DNA from: Torpedo marmorata
Taxonomy: Eukaryota
Assembly: GCA_977017645.1 (NCBI GenBank)
Contig: OZ360233.1
Coordinates: 18,042,001-18,106,000, forward strand
Direction: 5' to 3'
Length of the DNA: 64,000 nt
A program made the translations under genes and the position numbers. A model generated the notes under the pieces. That model searched no databases. It saw only the letters and a list, made by a program, of their open reading frames with translations, and was not told the origin of the DNA. Numbering within the stretch: the first letter of the stretch is position 1; every line of letters begins with the position of its first letter. Below, piece by piece: positions 1-13,561 of this stretch.

Positions 1-2120
1 CCTCCTTTTAACCTAACAGGAACATAAAGCCTTTGCACTCTCAAAATCTGATCTTTAAAAGACTTCCATCTCTCTACTACATCCTGCCCATAAAACAAAT
101 GGTCCCAATGCATACCCTGTAAGTCCCTTCGCATCTCCTCAAATCTAGCTTTTCCCCAATCAAAAACCTCAACCCTTGGCCCTGACTTATCTCTTTCCAT
201 AATGACATTGAAGCTGATGGCATTATGATCACTGGACCCGAAGTGCTCGCCAACACAAACCTCCGTCACTTGACCTATCTCATTTGCCAACAGTAGATCT
301 AACACTGCTCCTTCTCTGGTCGGTACCTCTACATATTGTTGTAAAAAAAATCCTGCACACATTTCACAAACTCCAACCCATCCAGCCCTTTCACAGAATG
401 TGTTTCCCAATCTATATGTGGAAAATTAAAATCTCCCACAATCACAACCCTGTGCTTATCACAAATATCCACTATCTCCCTACAGATTTGCTCCTCTAGG
501 TCTCGGTCCTTCCGGGTGGTCTATAATACACCCCTACAAGTGTAACTTCTCCTTTGCCACTTCTCAGTTCTACCCAAATAGCCTCCGTGGACAAGCCCTC
601 TAATCTATCCTGCCTAAGCACCGCTGTAATATTCTCCCTGACAAGCAATGCAACACCACCTCCTCTTGCTCCTCCGACTCTATCACACCTAAAGCAACGA
701 AACCCAGGGATATTCAGCTGCCAATCACATCCCTCCTGCAACCATGTCTCACTGATGGCTACCACCTCATACTTCCAAGTATCAATCCACACCTTCAGCT
801 CATCCACCTTTTTTACAATATTCCTGGCATTAAAATATATGAATTTCAGAGATTTCCCACTTCTTAATCTCTGTTTGCCCTTATCTTTAGTAACCTTCTC
901 TATCACCTGCCCATCCATATTCAAACACTGACTACAAACTTTCTCTGTTCTAACCTTCTCCTTACTGCTCGGTACTATTTTGCTCCCTCCCCCCAACCTT
1001 TCTAGTTTAAAGGCTCCTGAGTAGCCCTAGCAAATACCCCTGCCAGGATTCTGGTCCCCCTGGGATTCAAGTGTAACCCGTCCTTACTGTACAGGTCACA
1101 TCTCCCCCAAAAAAGGTCCCAGTGATCCAGAAACTTGAAACCCTGCCCCTTACTCCACCCCTTCAGCCACATGTTAATCGTCCACCTCATTCTATTTCTA
1201 CTCTCACTGTCACGTGGCACAGGGAGTAATCCGGAGATTACCCCCTTTGCGGTCCTTCTTTTTAACTCCCTACCTAACTGCCTGTACTCACTTTTTAGGA
1301 CCTCTTCTCTATTCCTCCCTATGTCATTGGTACCTACATGTACCACGACCTCTGGCTCCTGTCTCTCCCCCTTTAGGATATCCGGGACACGAACAGCAAC
1401 ATCCCGGACCCTGGCACCAGGGAGGCAAACCACCATCCGGTTCTCCTTGTTGCGTCCACAGAATCCCCTATCTGTCCTCTTGACTATGGAGTCCCCTACA
1501 ACTATTGCCCTCCTCTTCCTTTCCCTACCCTTCTGAGCCACAGGGGCTGACCCCGTGCCAGAGGCACAGCCACTGCTGCTCCCCCAACTATGCTGTCCTC
1601 CTCAACAGTACCCAAAGAGGTGTACTTATTGCTGAGGGTTACAGTCATAGGGCTCCTCTCTGGCACCTTACGTTTTACTGCCCCTCTTCTAACTGCTACC
1701 CACCTTTCCTCCTCCCGTGGCCCTGGTGTGACCACCTGGCTGTAACTCCTGTCTATGACTTCCTCTGTTTCCCTAACCAGCCTGAGGTCATCGAGCTGCA
1801 GCTCCAGTTCCCTAACATGGTCCCTAAGAATCTGCAGCTCTGCACACCTCGTGCAGATATGGACATCAGGGAGTCTGGAAGATTCTAGGACCTCCCACAT
1901 CTGGCACTCCCAACAACACACAGACCTAACACTCATCCTGGACCCCAATGAAATCGTAATATGAGAGAATTTAAGACTCTTACCTTAGTGTTCAGTGACG
2001 CGTCCTCAGCCTGTGCTCGTCGAAGCCTGTCGAGTCAAAGCCGGTAGAGTTCCACTCCTTCGCTGTCCCCACTCACTCGCCTGGGCCGCTCACTCGCTGC
2101 CGCTCCCAAACCTCACCTTT
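1..2120 (-). mobile_element. CR1-family LINE, 5' part (ORF1 zinc finger + SGNH esterase; ORF2 APE endonuclease), decayed, runs off the window edge
   Basis: ORF 1502-1948 has CxxC..CxxC. ORF 1002-1541 has GDSIV, CLPGA, VHVGTND and DGLHLN esterase motifs. ORF 496-996 has NAR, ISETWL, GGGVALLV and GVYYRPP endonuclease motifs. Frameshifts and stops separate the pieces. Confidence 0.92.
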
Positions 2121-2145
2121 AGTCTACCACTACCACTGTCTAATC

Positions 2146-2441
2146 CTAACCAGTTTCTTCATCATTTTCTTCATCCTCTTCTTTTGGTGACACAATTTCA
2201 GCCATTTCCACGTTATCTTCTTGTTCATCTAACGAAGCTGCCTCTTCTTTCTTTGCCAGCTTCAATCTTGCGATGAGACCCTTTTTATTTCCACTTATAT
2301 CTTGTTTCAGTCGCTTCAATTCTTTTTAAATATCCGCAATCTCATGTCTTCAATACGTTGGTGCTTAACAGCAACATCAGTGGTTGCTGCGTCAGCTGCT
2401 GATACATCAGTGGCTGCTGCATCAGAGGCTGCTGCAGCCAT
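2146..2441 (-). pseudogene. Frameshifted ORF encoding an Ala-rich N-terminus, a SAP-like domain and an acidic tail (SAFB/SLTM-like or TE-borne)
   Basis: Manual translation: MAAAASDAAATDVSAADAATTDVAVKHQRIEDMR.. then a 1-nt frameshift to KELKRLKQDISGNKKGLIARLKLAKKEEAASLDEQEDNVEMAEIVSPKEEDEENDEETG*. The start codon is in AAAATGG Kozak context. Confidence 0.6.
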
Positions 2442-3216
2442 TTTACTCGTCTTGTTCCACTGTCCTTCAAGCATACACAACACTAGCCAAATCAACAGTC
2501 CCCAATGGACCAGCAGCAGCAAATCCAATCTGTGTTCTAACTTGCCAAAGATACACAGAAGGAGTCCACAGACTTATGCCTACCACTTCAAATGACTGTA
2601 ATGTTCTGCTATTCACAAACGAGTTTCAACCACAACATTCGTCTATAATATTGCAGATTTTCCAGAAATGGTTTCTCCAATGTATTTATAGTACACTTTA
2701 CTATAAGATTTGAAGCTTTAAATCCCTCTCTGGCTGTTACTCATGGCAGATGGATGTGGATTACAAACTGCCCCTAACTCGAGGCATCTCCAAGATGGCC
2801 ACCATTTTATTTTAAATATCAGTCCAAAGCACAGAGAGATTATTCTATCTTCTTTCCTTCAATTTTCTGTTCCAAACAACCTCTTTTATTGACTAATTAT
2901 ATAGCGACTTCAATCCAACAAATAGTCACTGGAGGCGAGGTGAGATACTTATTCTTGACGCGTTTCAATTAATTTACTAACAAATCCAATAGGTTCAAAA
3001 AACTTTATTTACACACGTGACTTTTAGCAATCTTCAATGACTTAAATATCTTCTTTAATCAAAATATAAATAATTCTTGATAACGATGTTTAATAAATTC
3101 CTTTAAACGATTCCTTTCACTGTATTTAAACGTTCAATGAAATGACTTTAAGGACTTTAAACTATCAATGAAATGGTTAATAAAAGATATGGCGATCTCA
3201 CTCACCCCCCCTCTAA

Positions 3217-3345
3217 GCCGCCATCTTTTTCTATTCTTTATCCCGATTCGCGCATGCTCAATGCGCATATTCCACCGCGCACACTGCCGTCAAATCCCAA
3301 CTGCGCATGTGCGCGTCGGCGCTCCCGCGCATGCGCAGAGTACTA
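3217..3345. promoter_or_regulatory. CpG-rich promoter-like patch with a YY1 motif and several NRF1 motifs
   Basis: GCCGCCATCTT at 3217-3227. GCGCATG-type motifs near 3250 and 3302, and CGCGCATGCGCA at 3326-3337. Confidence 0.5.
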
Positions 3346-3440
3346 AATAGGTCTAGCACGGCCTACCAAACACCGCGACTCCTCCGTAACCCGCCGAGAC
3401 CATCGGAGCGCCGCGACCAAGGTAAGTAATTCAGCTTACA

Positions 3441-4030
3441 ATGAAGATCAAGATTGTTGTTCAGGAACCACGCAACCACGTTCTCCATCTCCATCCTGCA
3501 TTCTGACTCGTCATTTCCAGTTATGCGGCCACCACTGGTAGCGTTGTCATCTCATTTGTAGATTGAGTTGGAGCTGAACTTGGCTGCACAGTCATGGGCG
3601 CCCATGGCATCGAGTAGGGGACAAAGCAGGCAGCCTTGGACTGCTCCTGCATTGATGGTCAGCGAGGAGGAGGTGATGATGCCGATCAGCACTGTTTGGG
3701 TCTGCCAAAGAGGAAGTCAAAGATCCAGTCGCAGTGGAATGGAAAGAATCCCAGATCCTTTCGCTTGGTCATAGGTATTGCAGGTATGAAGGTGTTGAAT
3801 GCTAAGCTGTACTCAATGAACAACAGCCCCACGAAGGTGTTTCGGTCGTCTCGGTGATTTAATGCAGAGTGGAGAGTCAGCGATATTGCGTCGTCAGTTG
3901 ACCTATTGTGGCGATAGGTGAACTGAAATGGATCCAGGTCCTTCCCGAGATAGGAGTTAATTCGCTCCATAACCAGCCTCTCAAAACACTTCATCACAGT
4001 CGGTCACTTTGCTCTTCTTGGGCAAGTTGG
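3441..4030 (-). mobile_element. Rex1/Babar-type non-LTR RT fragment (cassette 1 copy)
   Basis: ORF 3686-3997 reads KCFERLV..DPFQFTYRHNRSTDDAI..LLFIEYSLAFNTFIP. Confidence 0.75.
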
Positions 4031-4272
4031 GGAGGGAGCAGATTGGAAGCGATTAATGTGCGGGAAGGGCAGAGAAGGACAACCAGAGTGACTCCATTTA
4101 TACCTGCTCGTTTTTATTCGTTCCATCGCAGCGTCATTCAGAGCCAATGGCCATTCCTGTGCGAGGGAAAAGCCACCAATCTCAGCGCTGCGGCTGCTGC
4201 GGACATGAATTTGTAAACACAGCGGGGCAATAGGTAAGAAATTATTCTTGTTTTGACCTTCATTCGGGCGTC

Positions 4273-4743
4273 ATGTCTCCCATGAGGTACCTGCTGATTC
4301 TATGGGCCATTCTGCCAGGTGAGTCTCTGTCTCATCGGTCAGCGCATCGCGCGGATTCAGCTCAATCCCGCGCCGCTCACACACTCCGTGTTTCCTTCCA
4401 GGCACGAGTGGGGGGGATTCTGTGACCCAAGCACCGCCGGTACTCATGGCCGAGGAAGGGCAGGCAGACCGTGCCACTGCGCTGTAGTTACTTGACGAGC
4501 CAATCCGCATATTTTTGGTACATTCAACGTCTTGGATAACCTCCAAAATATTTGCTGAAAATGTACAGCTTGGGAGATGTGGTTCGGTCTCACGATTGTC
4601 CGGACCGGATGTCGGGTCCCTTGGAAAAAAGAGCCAGCGCTTTCACTTGACTATCTCTGGGGCTGTTGTGGAAGAGTCCGCCGTGTATTCTGCGCCGTGC
4701 GGCCCACACTGTTCCTGGGCGATGACGAATCGGCACAAAAACT
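4273..4743 (+). pseudogene. TRAV: TRAV-like pseudogene, family A
   Basis: Leader MSPMRYLLILWAILPG at 4273-4318 with GT; acceptor ends 4401. A GCAG duplication frameshifts FR1 into a TAG. RSS intact: CACACTG 4705-4711, 23 bp, ACAAAAACT 4735-4743. Confidence 0.88.
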
Positions 4744-4903
4744 CGCATTGAGAATGAGCCAAGTGCCGTGCAGCGCTGCGATTTACCGCTGTGTGAGCAA
4801 AGACGGTTCTATTCCTCACAGTTCTGAGAAAAAACGCGAATTAAGTTGGATGCCGTTTTACCAGAGAGGAGCGGAGACAGGAAATGTAGGTAAATGGAGA
4901 TAG

Positions 4904-7900
4904 ACATTAGGAGCTGGAGTAGGCCCTTCGGCCCGTCGAGCCAGCACCGCCATTTTACAGATCATGGCTGATCACTACTATCAGTACCCCTTTCCAGCCT
5001 TATCCCCATAACCCTTAACTCCTCTGCCCAGTAGAGTCTTATCTAACTCTCTTTTGAACATAATCAGCGAATCTGCCTCTACCACCCTCTGTGGCAGAGC
5101 ATTCCACAGATTCACACTTCTCTGGGTAAAAAAAAATTCCTCATCTCCGTCCTAAAGGGGCTTCCCTGTATTCTTAAACTATGCCCTCTAGTCCTCGTCT
5201 CTCCCATCATTGGGAACAAGTAATCTGACTTCACCCTGTCTATCCCCTTGATAATTTTGTATACCTCAATCATGTCCCCCCTCATCCTTCTAAACTCCAT
5301 CGGATATAAGTCCAGTTTTTCTAACCTTTCAGCATATGTCAACCCTGCCATCCCTGGAACTAACCTAGTAAATCTGCGCTGCACACCCTCTATAGCTAGT
5401 ATGTCCTTCCTCAAATGTGGAGACCAGAACTGGACGCAATACTCCAGGTGGGGTCTCACCAGGGCCCTGTACAACTGCAGAAGGGCGTCTCTGCTCCTAT
5501 ACTCCAATCCCCTCTTTATGAAAGCCAACATGCCATTTGCCTTCTTCACAGCTTTCTGAACCTGCACGTTAGCCTTCAGTGACCGGTGAACAAGTATACC
5601 CAGATCCATTTGCACTTCCCCACTCCCTAGCTTGTCTCCATTTAAATAATACTCAGCTTTCCTATTACTGCCCCCAAAATGGATAACCTCACATTTGCTC
5701 ACATTGAACTTCATCTTCTATTCTTCAGCCCACTCCCCCAACCTGTCCAAGTCCCTCTGCATTTTCCTGACATCCACTTCACACTTTACACCGCCACCCA
5801 GTTTAGTGTCATCTGCAAATTTGCTCATGTTATTAATAATCCCATCATCGAAATCATTTACATAAATGACAAACAACTGAGGACCCAACACCGATCCCTG
5901 CGGCACTCCACTCGTCAAATCCTGCCATCCTAAAAAAGACCCGCTTACCCCAACCCTTTGTTTCCTATTTCTCAACCAATTTCCTATCCACGTCAGCACC
6001 TTACTTTCAATACCATGCTCCCTGATCTTGCCCACTAGTCTCCCGTGCGGGACCTTATCAAAGGCCTTCTGGAAGTCCAAATACACCACATCCACTGGCT
6101 CTCCCAAGTCCACCCTCTTTGTCACATCTTCGAAATATTCCAGAAGGTTAGTCAAGCATGACTTACCCTTAAGGAATCCTTGCTGACTAGCCCTTATACT
6201 ATTATTTCTGCCTAAGTGTTCTGCTATTACTCCTTTTATGATAGATTCCATTATCTTCCCCACCACTGACGTCAGGCTGACCGGTCTATAATTTCCCGTT
6301 TTCTCCCTCCCTCCCTTCTTAAAAAGCGGCACCACATCAGCCACTCTCCAATCCACAGGGACCTCCCCCGAATCTATGGAACTTTGGAAAATGTCGACCA
6401 GTGCCTCCACAATTTCCAGAGCAACCTCTTTAAGCACCCTGGGATGCAGCCCATCAGGCCCTGGGGATTTATCAGCCCTCAGTCCCAACAATTTACTCAC
6501 AACCTCCTGCTTCTGGATCTAGATATCCATCAGATTCCATACTTCCCCAGGAAAGTTCCCCAAGTCTCTTGATACTCCATGACCACTACCCCCTAACTGA
6601 CCATAACCTATATCCTCCTTGGTGAAGACAGATGCAAAGTATTTGTTAAATTCCTCAGCCATTTCCTTGTTTCCAGTAATAATTCCACCCTTTTCCATTC
6701 TTTTTTTAAATTTTTATTTATTTATTTATTTTATTTAAATTTTAAAATCACAAAATACATAGATCAAAAATAACATATCATTCCAAATACATGTGATATA
6801 TTTCCTCCCTCCCTCCCACCCTCCCCTCCCCAACCCCCCCTACCACTACTCTAAAGAAAAAAAAATTAAAAACAAAGAGAAAAAAAAAAGAATAAAAGGA
6901 AAAAAGTTGAATAATAAAGAATTAAAGTGAGGAGAAAACAAACTACAAACTAATTCTATTTATATATTGGAGGTTAATTTCGCCAGCGGAGCCGACTTCC
7001 AGAGAATTAATTCATACCCATAATTCTCATATATGGGCTCCAAATTTTCAAAAAGAAATGATATTTATTACGTAGATTATACATAATCTTTTCTAATGGT
7101 ATACATGAACGTAATTCTGCATGCAATCTATCTAAATTCAAATCTAAATCTGATTTCCAAGTAATAGCAATACATTTTTTTGAAACCGCTAAAACAATTC
7201 GTAAAAATTCTACTTGATACATATTTAATCTATTTCTAATACTAAATTTTTTAATATCTCCAAATAAAAATAACATAGGATCCATTGGAAACATAATATT
7301 AAAAATTCTATCTAAAAATTTTTTAACTTTAGACCAAAAATCCTTAATTTTAGGACATAACCATGTTGAATGAACAAAAGAACCAATTTCATCCTTGCAT
7401 CTAAAACACATATCTGATAATGCCGGATTGAATTTCTTTAATTTTTTAGGTGTTAAATATAGTTGATGAAAAAAATTATATTGTACTAATCTATACCTGA
7501 CATTAATAATTTTAGTCATACTCAATTTACATAAATCTTTCCAATGTTTTTCATCTATATTAATATTTAAATCTGATTCCCATTTTAATCTTGATTTATG
7601 GAATCCTACTTTAGGCATTTTTCTCTGAAGTAATTTATACATTTGTGATATAAATTTATTAACATTTCCATTAGTAATTAATAATTCTAATCCATCCTGT
7701 CTTGGAGCTATTAATTGATTCCCCAATTTCTCAACTAAAAATCCTTTAACCTGATAATAAGCTAAAATTGTATTATCTAATATTCCAAATTTTTCTTTCA
7801 ATCTAGAAAATGTAACAAATCTTCCAGCCTCAAAACAATCTTTAATCTTCTTAATTCCTTTTTGAAACCATATTTTTAAAAATTGATTATCAATAGAAAA

Positions 7901-10900
7901 TGGTAAAAATAGATTTTGATACAGTGGCATATTTGGAGATAATGACCCTTTTCGTCCTATCTCATTATCTAATTGTGTCCAAATTTCCAGCAAAAGTTTA
8001 ATAATCGGTGAATTTTTCTTTTTAACTAATAATAATTTAGAATTCCACTTATAAATAATATCTTCTTTATATCTCTCCCCTATATTATTCAATTCTATAT
8101 TAATCCAAGTGGTAGATTTACTTAAATCGAAAAATTCATTAATAAACTTTAATTGAGCTGCCTTATAATAATATTGAAAATTGGGGAGTTGTAATCCACC
8201 CATCTCATAATTCCAAGTTAATTTATCCATACTTACTCTCGCTAACTTTCCCTTCCATAAAAATTTCCAAATAATAATTTTTAAATCTTTAAAATTTTTT
8301 TGAGGAATTCCAAAAGGAATAGATTGAAAAAGATATTGAATTCTTGGAAAATATTCATTTTAATGCAATTCACTCTTCCCATTAAAGTTATAGGTAAATC
8401 TTTCCAATTCTCCAAATCTTTCTTTATTTTCTTAAATAAAGGTGTATAATTTAATTTATATAAATTTTCCAATTTTGTATCTACTTTAACTCCCAAATAT
8501 TTAATTCCTTCTTTATCCCATTTAAATCTTGTAACTTCTTTACATTTAGTATAATCTCCTTGAGATAAAGCCATTATCTCACTTTTATCCGAGTTTATTT
8601 TATATACAGATATCTCACCATACTCCATCAGTATTTTAGCTAATTGTTGAAGTGATACAATTGATTTCGTCATATATATTAATACATCATCTGCAAATAA
8701 ACTAATTTTATGCTCTTCTGTACCTACTTTAATCCCATTTATATTAATATCTTTCCTAATCATTTCAGCCAACGGTTCTATTGCCAATACAAATAGAGCA
8801 GGTGATAAAGGACATCCTTGTCTTGTTGACCGCGTCAAGGGGAATTTAGATGATATCTGACCATTTGTAATTACTCTAGCTGTAGGTTCTTTATATATAG
8901 TTTTAATCCAATTTATAAAAGTATCCCCAAATCTAAATTTCTCTAAAACCTTAAATAAAAAATTCCATTCCAGTCTATCAAATGCCTTTTCCGCATCTAA
9001 TGTTATCACCAATGGCAAATCTTGTTTCCTTTTTTGCAAATTGATTAAACTTATTAATCTTGCTATATTATCTTTCGATTATCTATTTTTAATAAATCCT
9101 GCTTGATCTGAATGTATTGAAATCGATAGATACTTAGCTAATCTGTTTGTCAAAATTTTTGCCATTATTTTATAATCTACATTCAACAATGATATAGGTC
9201 TATACGACTCAGTTTTTAATACATCTCTATCTTTCTTTGGTATAACTGTAATAATAGCATTCAAAAAAGTTTTCGGTAATAAATGGGTTTCCTTAATTTG
9301 ACTCAATACTTCCATATATATAGGTATCAATAAATCTTTAAATTCTTTATAAAACTCTATCGGAAATCCATCATCACCAGGGGATTTACCACTTTTCAAT
9401 GTCGATAAAGCTTCAGCTACTTCTCTCATTGTAATAGGTAGATCCAATATATCTCTATTAAAATTATTTAATCTAGGTAATGTAATTTTAGATAAAAATC
9501 TATTAATTTTTGTATCATCATGATCAATCTGAGAGGTATATAAATTCTGATAATATTCTCTAAAGGATTCATTTATTTCCTGAGGTTTATAAGTTATTTC
9601 ACCAGTACTTTTTTTATAGCATTTATAGTTTTAGAAACTTGTTCTTTTTTTAATTGCCATGCTAAAACTTTATGAGCTCTTTCTCCTAATTCATAATATC
9701 TTTGTTTCGTTCTATCAATTAATTTTTCCATTTTGCGAGTTTGTAATAAATTATAATGCAATTTCCTCCTGATTAAACGACGTCTCTTAAAAATTGTTTT
9801 ATTTCTTTGAAAATCTTTCTCCATAAATTCAATCTCCCTTTCCAATTTTTCTTCTTCTTTCAAATAATCTTTTCTAATTTTTGCCGAAAAACTTATTATC
9901 AAACCTTTTAAGTAAGCTTTTAAAGATTCCCAACCCTTTTCCATTCTTAATGGACCAATTTTAGACCGAACCAATTTCTTCCTCTTCACATATTTAAAAA
10001 AGCTTTTGCTATCCTCTATTATATTACTTGCTAATTTCCTCTCGTACTTCATTTTCCCCTCTCGTATGACTTTCTTAGTTACCCTCTGATGTTCTTTGAA
10101 GGTTTCCCAATCCTCTAACTTCCCACTCTGCTTCGCTATCTTATACTTACTCCCTTTGGACTTGATAATGCACTTGATTTCATTAGTTAGCCACGGCTGC
10201 CATTTGCATCTCCTTGAGCCTTTCCTCCACTTTGGAATGAATTTGTCCTGAATTCTGTGAAAAATGTCCAAAAATACCTGCCATTTTCCCCCAGGTGTCC
10301 TCCCAGCTAGTGTATCTTTCCATTTTATTTTGGCTAGCTCCTCCCTCATAGCTGCATAATCCCCTTTATTTAACTGCAGTATAGATGCTTCCGACTTCCT
10401 TTCTTTTTCCCTTTCCAATTGCAGATCAAAAGTAACCATACCATGGTCACTATTCCCTAATGGTACCCCTACTTCGAGGTCACTTATTAACTCTGCGTCG
10501 CTGCACAGCATCAAGTCCAGAATCGACTTCCCCCTGGTACGTTCCTCCACTAGCTGCTCCAAGAATGTGTCTCGTAGACATTCTATAAACTCACTCTCTT
10601 GTTTTCCTGCCCCCGTCTGATTTTCCCAGTCCACCTTCATGTTGAAGTCCCCCATAACTACCGTATTGCTACCACTTTGACATGCCACTCTTAATTCCTG
10701 ATTTATACTACTTCCTATATCTGAGCTACTTTTCGGAGGCCTGTAAATGACCCCCATTATGGTCTTCATGCCTTTGCAATTTCTTAATTCTATCCAAACA
10801 GACTCTACGCCACCTGTTTCAATGTCTTTCCTTTCAAACGCCTGAATTTCATTTCTTACCAACAGAGCTACCCCACCACCTCTTCCTAACTTTCTGTCCT

Positions 10901-11819
10901 TTCTATAGGACGTGTACCCTGGAACATTTATTTCCCAATCCTGTCCCTCCCGCAGCCATGTCTCCGTTACTCCGATAATGTCATAACCTCCCATTGCCAT
11001 TTGCGCCTCAAGCTCATCCATTTTATTCCTTACACCCCGTGCATTCATATACAATACCTTGATACCATATCTCCATTCTCCCTCCACCTTTGTTCCTGAT
11101 GCACTTGCCCCTACTCTCCTATCACTTTTAGTTCCCTTTTTCCTTATGGTTTCACCGTCTATCGGAACCACCCCTATATTCACTCTCCTATCTGCTTCCC
11201 TATCAGTCCTGTTCCCTTCCCCCTGCCAAATTAGTTTAAATCAAACCCAACAGCATTATTAAACCTAACTGCCAGTACATTGGCCCTCTTTGTATTCAGG
11301 TGTAAACCATCCCTCCTGTAGAGGTCTTGTCTCCCCCAGAAGAGATCCCAATGGTCTATGAACCTGAATCCCTGCACTCTGCACCATTCCTTCAGCCACA
11401 CATTTAACTTCCTGATTTTATTATTTTTGCCCCCACCCACGCACAGCACAGGTAGCAGCCCCGAGATTACAATCCTGAAGGTCCTGCTTCTTAACCTCCT
11501 TCCGAGCTCACGGTAGTCCCTCTTCAGGATCTCCTCCTTCATCTTATCCACGTCATTTGTACCCACGTGTATCAAGACTTCTGGCCGTTCACCTCCCCCC
11601 CCCCAGGATACTCTGAACCCTATCCGAGACATCTCGCACCCTGGCTCCTGGGAGGCAACACACCATGCGGGAACACTTGTCAGGTTCACAGAACCTTCTG
11701 TCTGTTCCCCTGACGATGGAGTCCCCAATGACCACCTTGTTCCCCTTCCTTCCTTTCCGCACCACCGGCTCCCTTGGCCCAACCTCTGGCAGGTTATCTT
11801 CCCCAACTACATCCCATAC
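4904..11819 (-). mobile_element. CR1-family LINE (ORF1 esterase, ORF2 EN+RT, 3'UTR), interrupted by a nested L1/Tx1; flanked by an AGATAG direct repeat
   Basis: Esterase at 11231-11806, endonuclease at 9949-11183, RT at 5718-6500 (YLDFQKAFDKV, GVPQGSVLGP, FADD) and C-terminus at 5112-5714. AGATAG at 4898-4903 and 11820-11825. A paralogous empty site lies near 60870. Confidence 0.93.
6703..9932 (-). mobile_element. 5'-truncated L1/Tx1-clade LINE nested in CR1 ORF2, 16-bp TSD
   Basis: ORF2 pieces at 7007-8230, 8281-9039 (LDAEKAFDR, TRQGCPLSP, LFADD) and 9079-9447. T-rich tail at 6703-6740. TSD ACCCTTTTCCATTCTT at 6687-6702 and 9933-9948. Confidence 0.93.
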
Positions 11820-12286
11820 AGATAGTGAGAGATTGATAGAAATTGAGAGAAAGGAGCACAATGAGAGTTGAGGAGGGAGAGAGGGAGAGAGGGAATGGGA
11901 GGGAGAGATGTGATGGACGAAGAGAGAGAGAGAGAGAGGGAAAAGACGAGGGATTGAACAGAGAGCGGGAGTGAGAGAGGGTATGACAATGAGAGAAGAG
12001 GGGCACATTGAACGAGGGAGATGGGGAGTGAGCAATAGTGGGTTGAGAGAGAGAGTTGGGGAGTGTACAGAGAGGCGGAGAAACGCGTGCGAGAAGGACG
12101 GAGAATGAGAGACGGCCGGCATTAACATCCTGCTTTGATTAGGTCAATGGTAGCGTCATCCTGCCTTAACAAGCAATCCTGTGCGAGGAAAACGTCCTGT
12201 GGGTCGGATGCTCCTGACTTCACCCAAATCTCTTACATCCAGGTAACAGAAGGAAATGTTCTCCTTTTGACCTTCATTCGGGCACC

Positions 12287-12745
12287 ATGTACCCCCTGAG
12301 TTGTTTGCTGACTCCATGGGCCATTCGGCCTGGTGAGTCTCTGTCGGGTTTGTCAGCGCGTGTCCGCCGGGTTCAGCGATGCGTGTTTCGATCCGGGGAT
12401 GATTGGGGAAGATTCAGCAACCCAAGGACCGCCAGAGCGCATGACAGAGGAATTGCAGACCGCGTCACTGAGCTGCAGTTTCTTGATGAGTACCTCCGCA
12501 CATTTTTAGTACATTCAATATCCTGGAGAAACTCCCAAATATTTGCAGAAAATGCACAGCTGGGGGGAGGTGGGAGGGGGATGTGCTATCCGTCTCATAG
12601 TTGCGGAAGAGGATGTCGGGTTCCTTGGAGAAAACGAGCCAGAGGTTCCACTTGACTATCGACGGGGCTCTTGTGGCGGACTCCGCCGTGTATCTCTGCG
12701 TCGTTCTGCCCACTGTTCTCGGGCAATGGCGGGTCGCAAAAAACA
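12287..12745 (+). pseudogene. TRAV: TRAV-like pseudogene, family B
   Basis: Leader MYPLSCLLTPWAIRPG. Acceptor mutated (ccgg), indels in the V exon, DSAVYLCVVLP end, degenerate RSS (CCCACTG). Confidence 0.85.
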
Positions 12746-13561
12746 CGCTGGTAATGAGAAATGAGAGGTGCCACCAGGAGGCGCGCTCGCCCCCTTCCCC
12801 CCACACAGCCCTCACCAGTCCACAGGACGGAGTCGGCAACTGTGCCTCCCGAGAGAGAGAGTGTTCTCTAAAGCGCAACGCCGAGATCCAGCCTCGCGTG
12901 AGCAAAGACGTTTGCCTTACTCTCCGTTCCGAGGCGGAGGGCAAGAATTCAGAGAAAAATGCGGATTAGGGTGGACCGCTGTTTGTGAGAGAAGAGCAGA
13001 GACAAGAACTGTTGGGAAAGGGAGTGAGAGAAGGGGTGAAATAAATTGAGAAAGACCGGCGAGGAGTGAGGGAGAGCTAATGAAAGGGAGAGATCGAAGA
13101 GAGATATCACACGAGCGAGAAAGGTCAGTGAGTGAGTGAGAGAGAGAGAGAGAAAGAGAGAATGATTGAGTGAAGGAGATATTGAGAGAGGACGAGCGGG
13201 AGTGAGAGGGGCAGAGTGCGACAGTGGGAGAGAGAGATTAGAGGGCGGTAGAGATTGGCACTGCTCGCGAAAGAATAAAAAAGTGGAAGAAGGGGTCGCG
13301 TCGAGTGAGGAAGTTACAGAACGTGAGAAGGGGCGAGAGGGTGTAAGAACCTGTGAAGGGGATGGAAAGGGTGGAGCGAGAGCAAAGAGAGAGACGTGGG
13401 GAGTGTAAAGAGAGGCGGATAAAGAAACGGCCAGCATTGCCAACCCGTTTTCATTGGTCCAACAACGGCGTCCGATTGAACTCATGTGCGAGGAGGGCGC
13501 CCTCCTGTGTGTCCGAGGGGTAGCATTTGGAAATATTCGGCTGTTCACCTTCATTCTGGCT

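Noticed and set aside
2370-2440. Short (GCTGCTGCATCAG)-like repeats as a CRISPR array or regulatory repeat
   Set aside because: They are Ala/Asp codon repeats of the minus-strand SAP ORF, there are no spacers, and the context is eukaryotic.
2954-2970. GAAACGCGTC on the minus strand as another hammerhead
   Set aside because: There is no upstream CUGANGA-like core or stem II.
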